Of a DNA stretch of 60,000 nt, positions 58,219 to 60,000 are shown one piece after another. Each line of letters opens with the position of its first letter. Positions within the stretch are counted from its first letter, which is position 1. Source of the DNA: Camelus dromedarius (Eukaryota). Location of the stretch: the NCBI RefSeq assembly GCF_036321535.1, contig NC_087436.1, positions 106,332,001-106,392,000 of the forward strand, written 5' to 3'. The notes under the pieces are model-generated. The model did no database searches. It was given only the letters and a program-made list of their open reading frames with translations, and was not told the DNA's origin. The translations under genes and the position numbers were made by a program.

Positions 58219-60000
58219 GAGTTGGTTATCTGAGGACAAGCCTTGGGTTGTTGATCGGTTTCCCAGAGTACAAAGTCTTGAAGAGTTTAATTGTGAATGT
58301 AATCTGAAGAATCAAAGCCAACCCCATTCCTGGGAAGAATGTGGCGAGTGGGAGAGAGGAATTGTTCCTCTGCCCGAAGCTCAAAGTGGAGGATCCCACT
58401 CCTTTCCCGCTGAGACGGGTGGTAGGAGGGAAGTGGTGGGTGGCATGGAGGCTCAATTGTCCTTTTTGTGCCCTCCTGGCTCCTGGCTGTTTGCTTGGTG
58501 GGCAGGCCCAGGCTGGGCAGTGTGGCAGGTAAGTCCTCAGCAGAGAGTGTGCTCTGGCTGGGACAGGCTCCCCATTGCTGGGACCGGTTTGAAGAACAGG
58601 AGGGAGCTCTTTGTTTTTTTTGCCAAACAGCAACCTGAGTCTGGTCTGACTCTGGTCATTTCAATCGCAGGGCGAGCAGGAGGGAGGATTCTAGAGCTGA
58701 GTGATGGCGTTGTAGGATACACATAAAAGAATTCTAGCAAAATTGACCCCGATGTTCCCTTTTCTGAAGTTGCGGGAGGGTGGGGATCGCGGAGATGGGA
58801 AGAGGAAACTTGGATATAAGAAGAAAAGATAAGAATTTCAGAGTTCTTCATAGACAAGTTTAGGGTTTTGGGGAAAATGAAGCTTTGGTTTGTCCAAGGA
58901 CTACTGAAAACAAAAGGATTATGCTGTGTATGCCTGAATCAAATTACCTGGGGGCAGGAGGCACCGCTTGCCCTGTTTTGGGTTATGTTTCCCTCTATGC
59001 ATTGCCAAGCTGATGGCCGAGTAGTGTTTGCTGCATTTTTGTAGTTAAGGGATGTCAAATTGAAGGCTTGACCCCAGTATAAACCAACTACCATTATGAG
59101 GACCCATATCAATATTAACCTTGGTTCCATTTCCAACTTTTAAAAATTTACATAGATCAAGTCAGAGGAGCCAGAGCTCCTTTCTGGGTAAAAGACCTGG
59201 CAGATCGCTGAGTTAGTTCATCACCTGCCAGAGAAGAGTACAGTGCCCCCAGTGGAAGCTTCCCTGCACTTGATCGTAACCTATACCATTACATTTACGA
59301 TGCTCCTTTGAACATTTTATGTTTTATCTTTTAAAATCAATATATGGTGTTTGACAGACTGAGAGGGGATTTCTTTATGCATACGGCTCTTCTGGCTGAG
59401 TTAAAAATGATGGTCTCTAAAATGATTCCATTTACATTTGATCCTCTGTGGACCTCAAGGGTCAAACAGAACGAATCAGACTTTTGGATCTTTGCTCTTA
59501 ACTTCTCATCCCCTCACTGGCGAATCCTGCTCTCCAGTTCCCGTTGTCTTGTTGGATATGTTGGCTTCCGTTATATTCCCTTAACAGGGTCTCTTATTAG
59601 CAAGAACCTTACACTGCTGACTTGATTCTTTCAATCTGACTCAAGTTTCAGGCACTTTTTCTTTGTCCTCCGTTTACTCTCTATTCGCTCTGCTAAGCTA
59701 CTTTATCAGTGCATGAAAAAAGAGAACATTCTGTCAATAACAATATTTTATCTAAGGCTCCTGACCAATTAGTGTAAAAGCCATCACTCAAATCCTGTTT
59801 TCTATTAGTAAGAGGGTGGACTTCTTTTCAGGACTGAAGCAAGAGGAGCGAATCGCTGTTCATTTATTGGGAACTTAGAAGAGAAGAGGGTGTGAGGGCT
59901 GAGCCACCTCTCAAGAGGATTTGCAATTCACTTCTTTTTCAAAGAAAAAAAAACTCTCCTTTTATTAGATGAAAAGAGATATTTCAAACAGCAAAAGTTT

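Noticed and set aside
58082..58726. 214-aa ORF
   Set aside because: It reads through a (CA)n microsatellite (HTHTHT) and resembles no protein family I know.
58942..59056. Loose colinear resemblance to U1 snRNA (ttacctgg...tatgcattgc...ctgcatttttgtagt)
   Set aside because: Only short scattered words match and large gaps are needed; probably chance. An Infernal search with the U1 model would settle it.
1..60000. CRISPR array, prokaryotic operon, intact transposase or retroviral gene, NUMT, processed pseudogene
   Set aside because: I saw no regularly spaced repeats, no long recognisable ORFs, and no mitochondrial or mRNA-derived similarity; the sequence is typical eutherian non-coding DNA.

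Overview
This is mammalian nuclear DNA, most likely from a camelid. The evidence is a tRNA-Ala-derived Vic-1-type SINE, cetartiodactyl/camelid-type L1 3' ends, and no Alu, B1, BovA/BovB or PRE-1 that I could see. The window is almost entirely non-coding and is littered with old MIR, L2, MaLR/LTR and hAT DNA-transposon remnants. The only plausible coding signal is a cluster at about 4.4-5.2 kb on the + strand: a 29/36-nt cassette exon and two candidate terminal exons, each followed by AATAAA. It looks like the alternatively spliced 3' end of a gene whose body lies upstream of the window; I could not name that gene. The rest resembles a gene-poor regulatory landscape, with several repeat-free blocks carrying HOX/PBX/MEIS-type motif clusters and a few orphan splice-signal pairs that may be lncRNA exons. 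None of the listed ORFs looks like a real protein. I found no rRNA, functional tRNA, CRISPR array, intact transposase or prokaryotic system, and no convincing new biological system. Repeat family names are from memory of the consensus sequences, and their boundaries are approximate.
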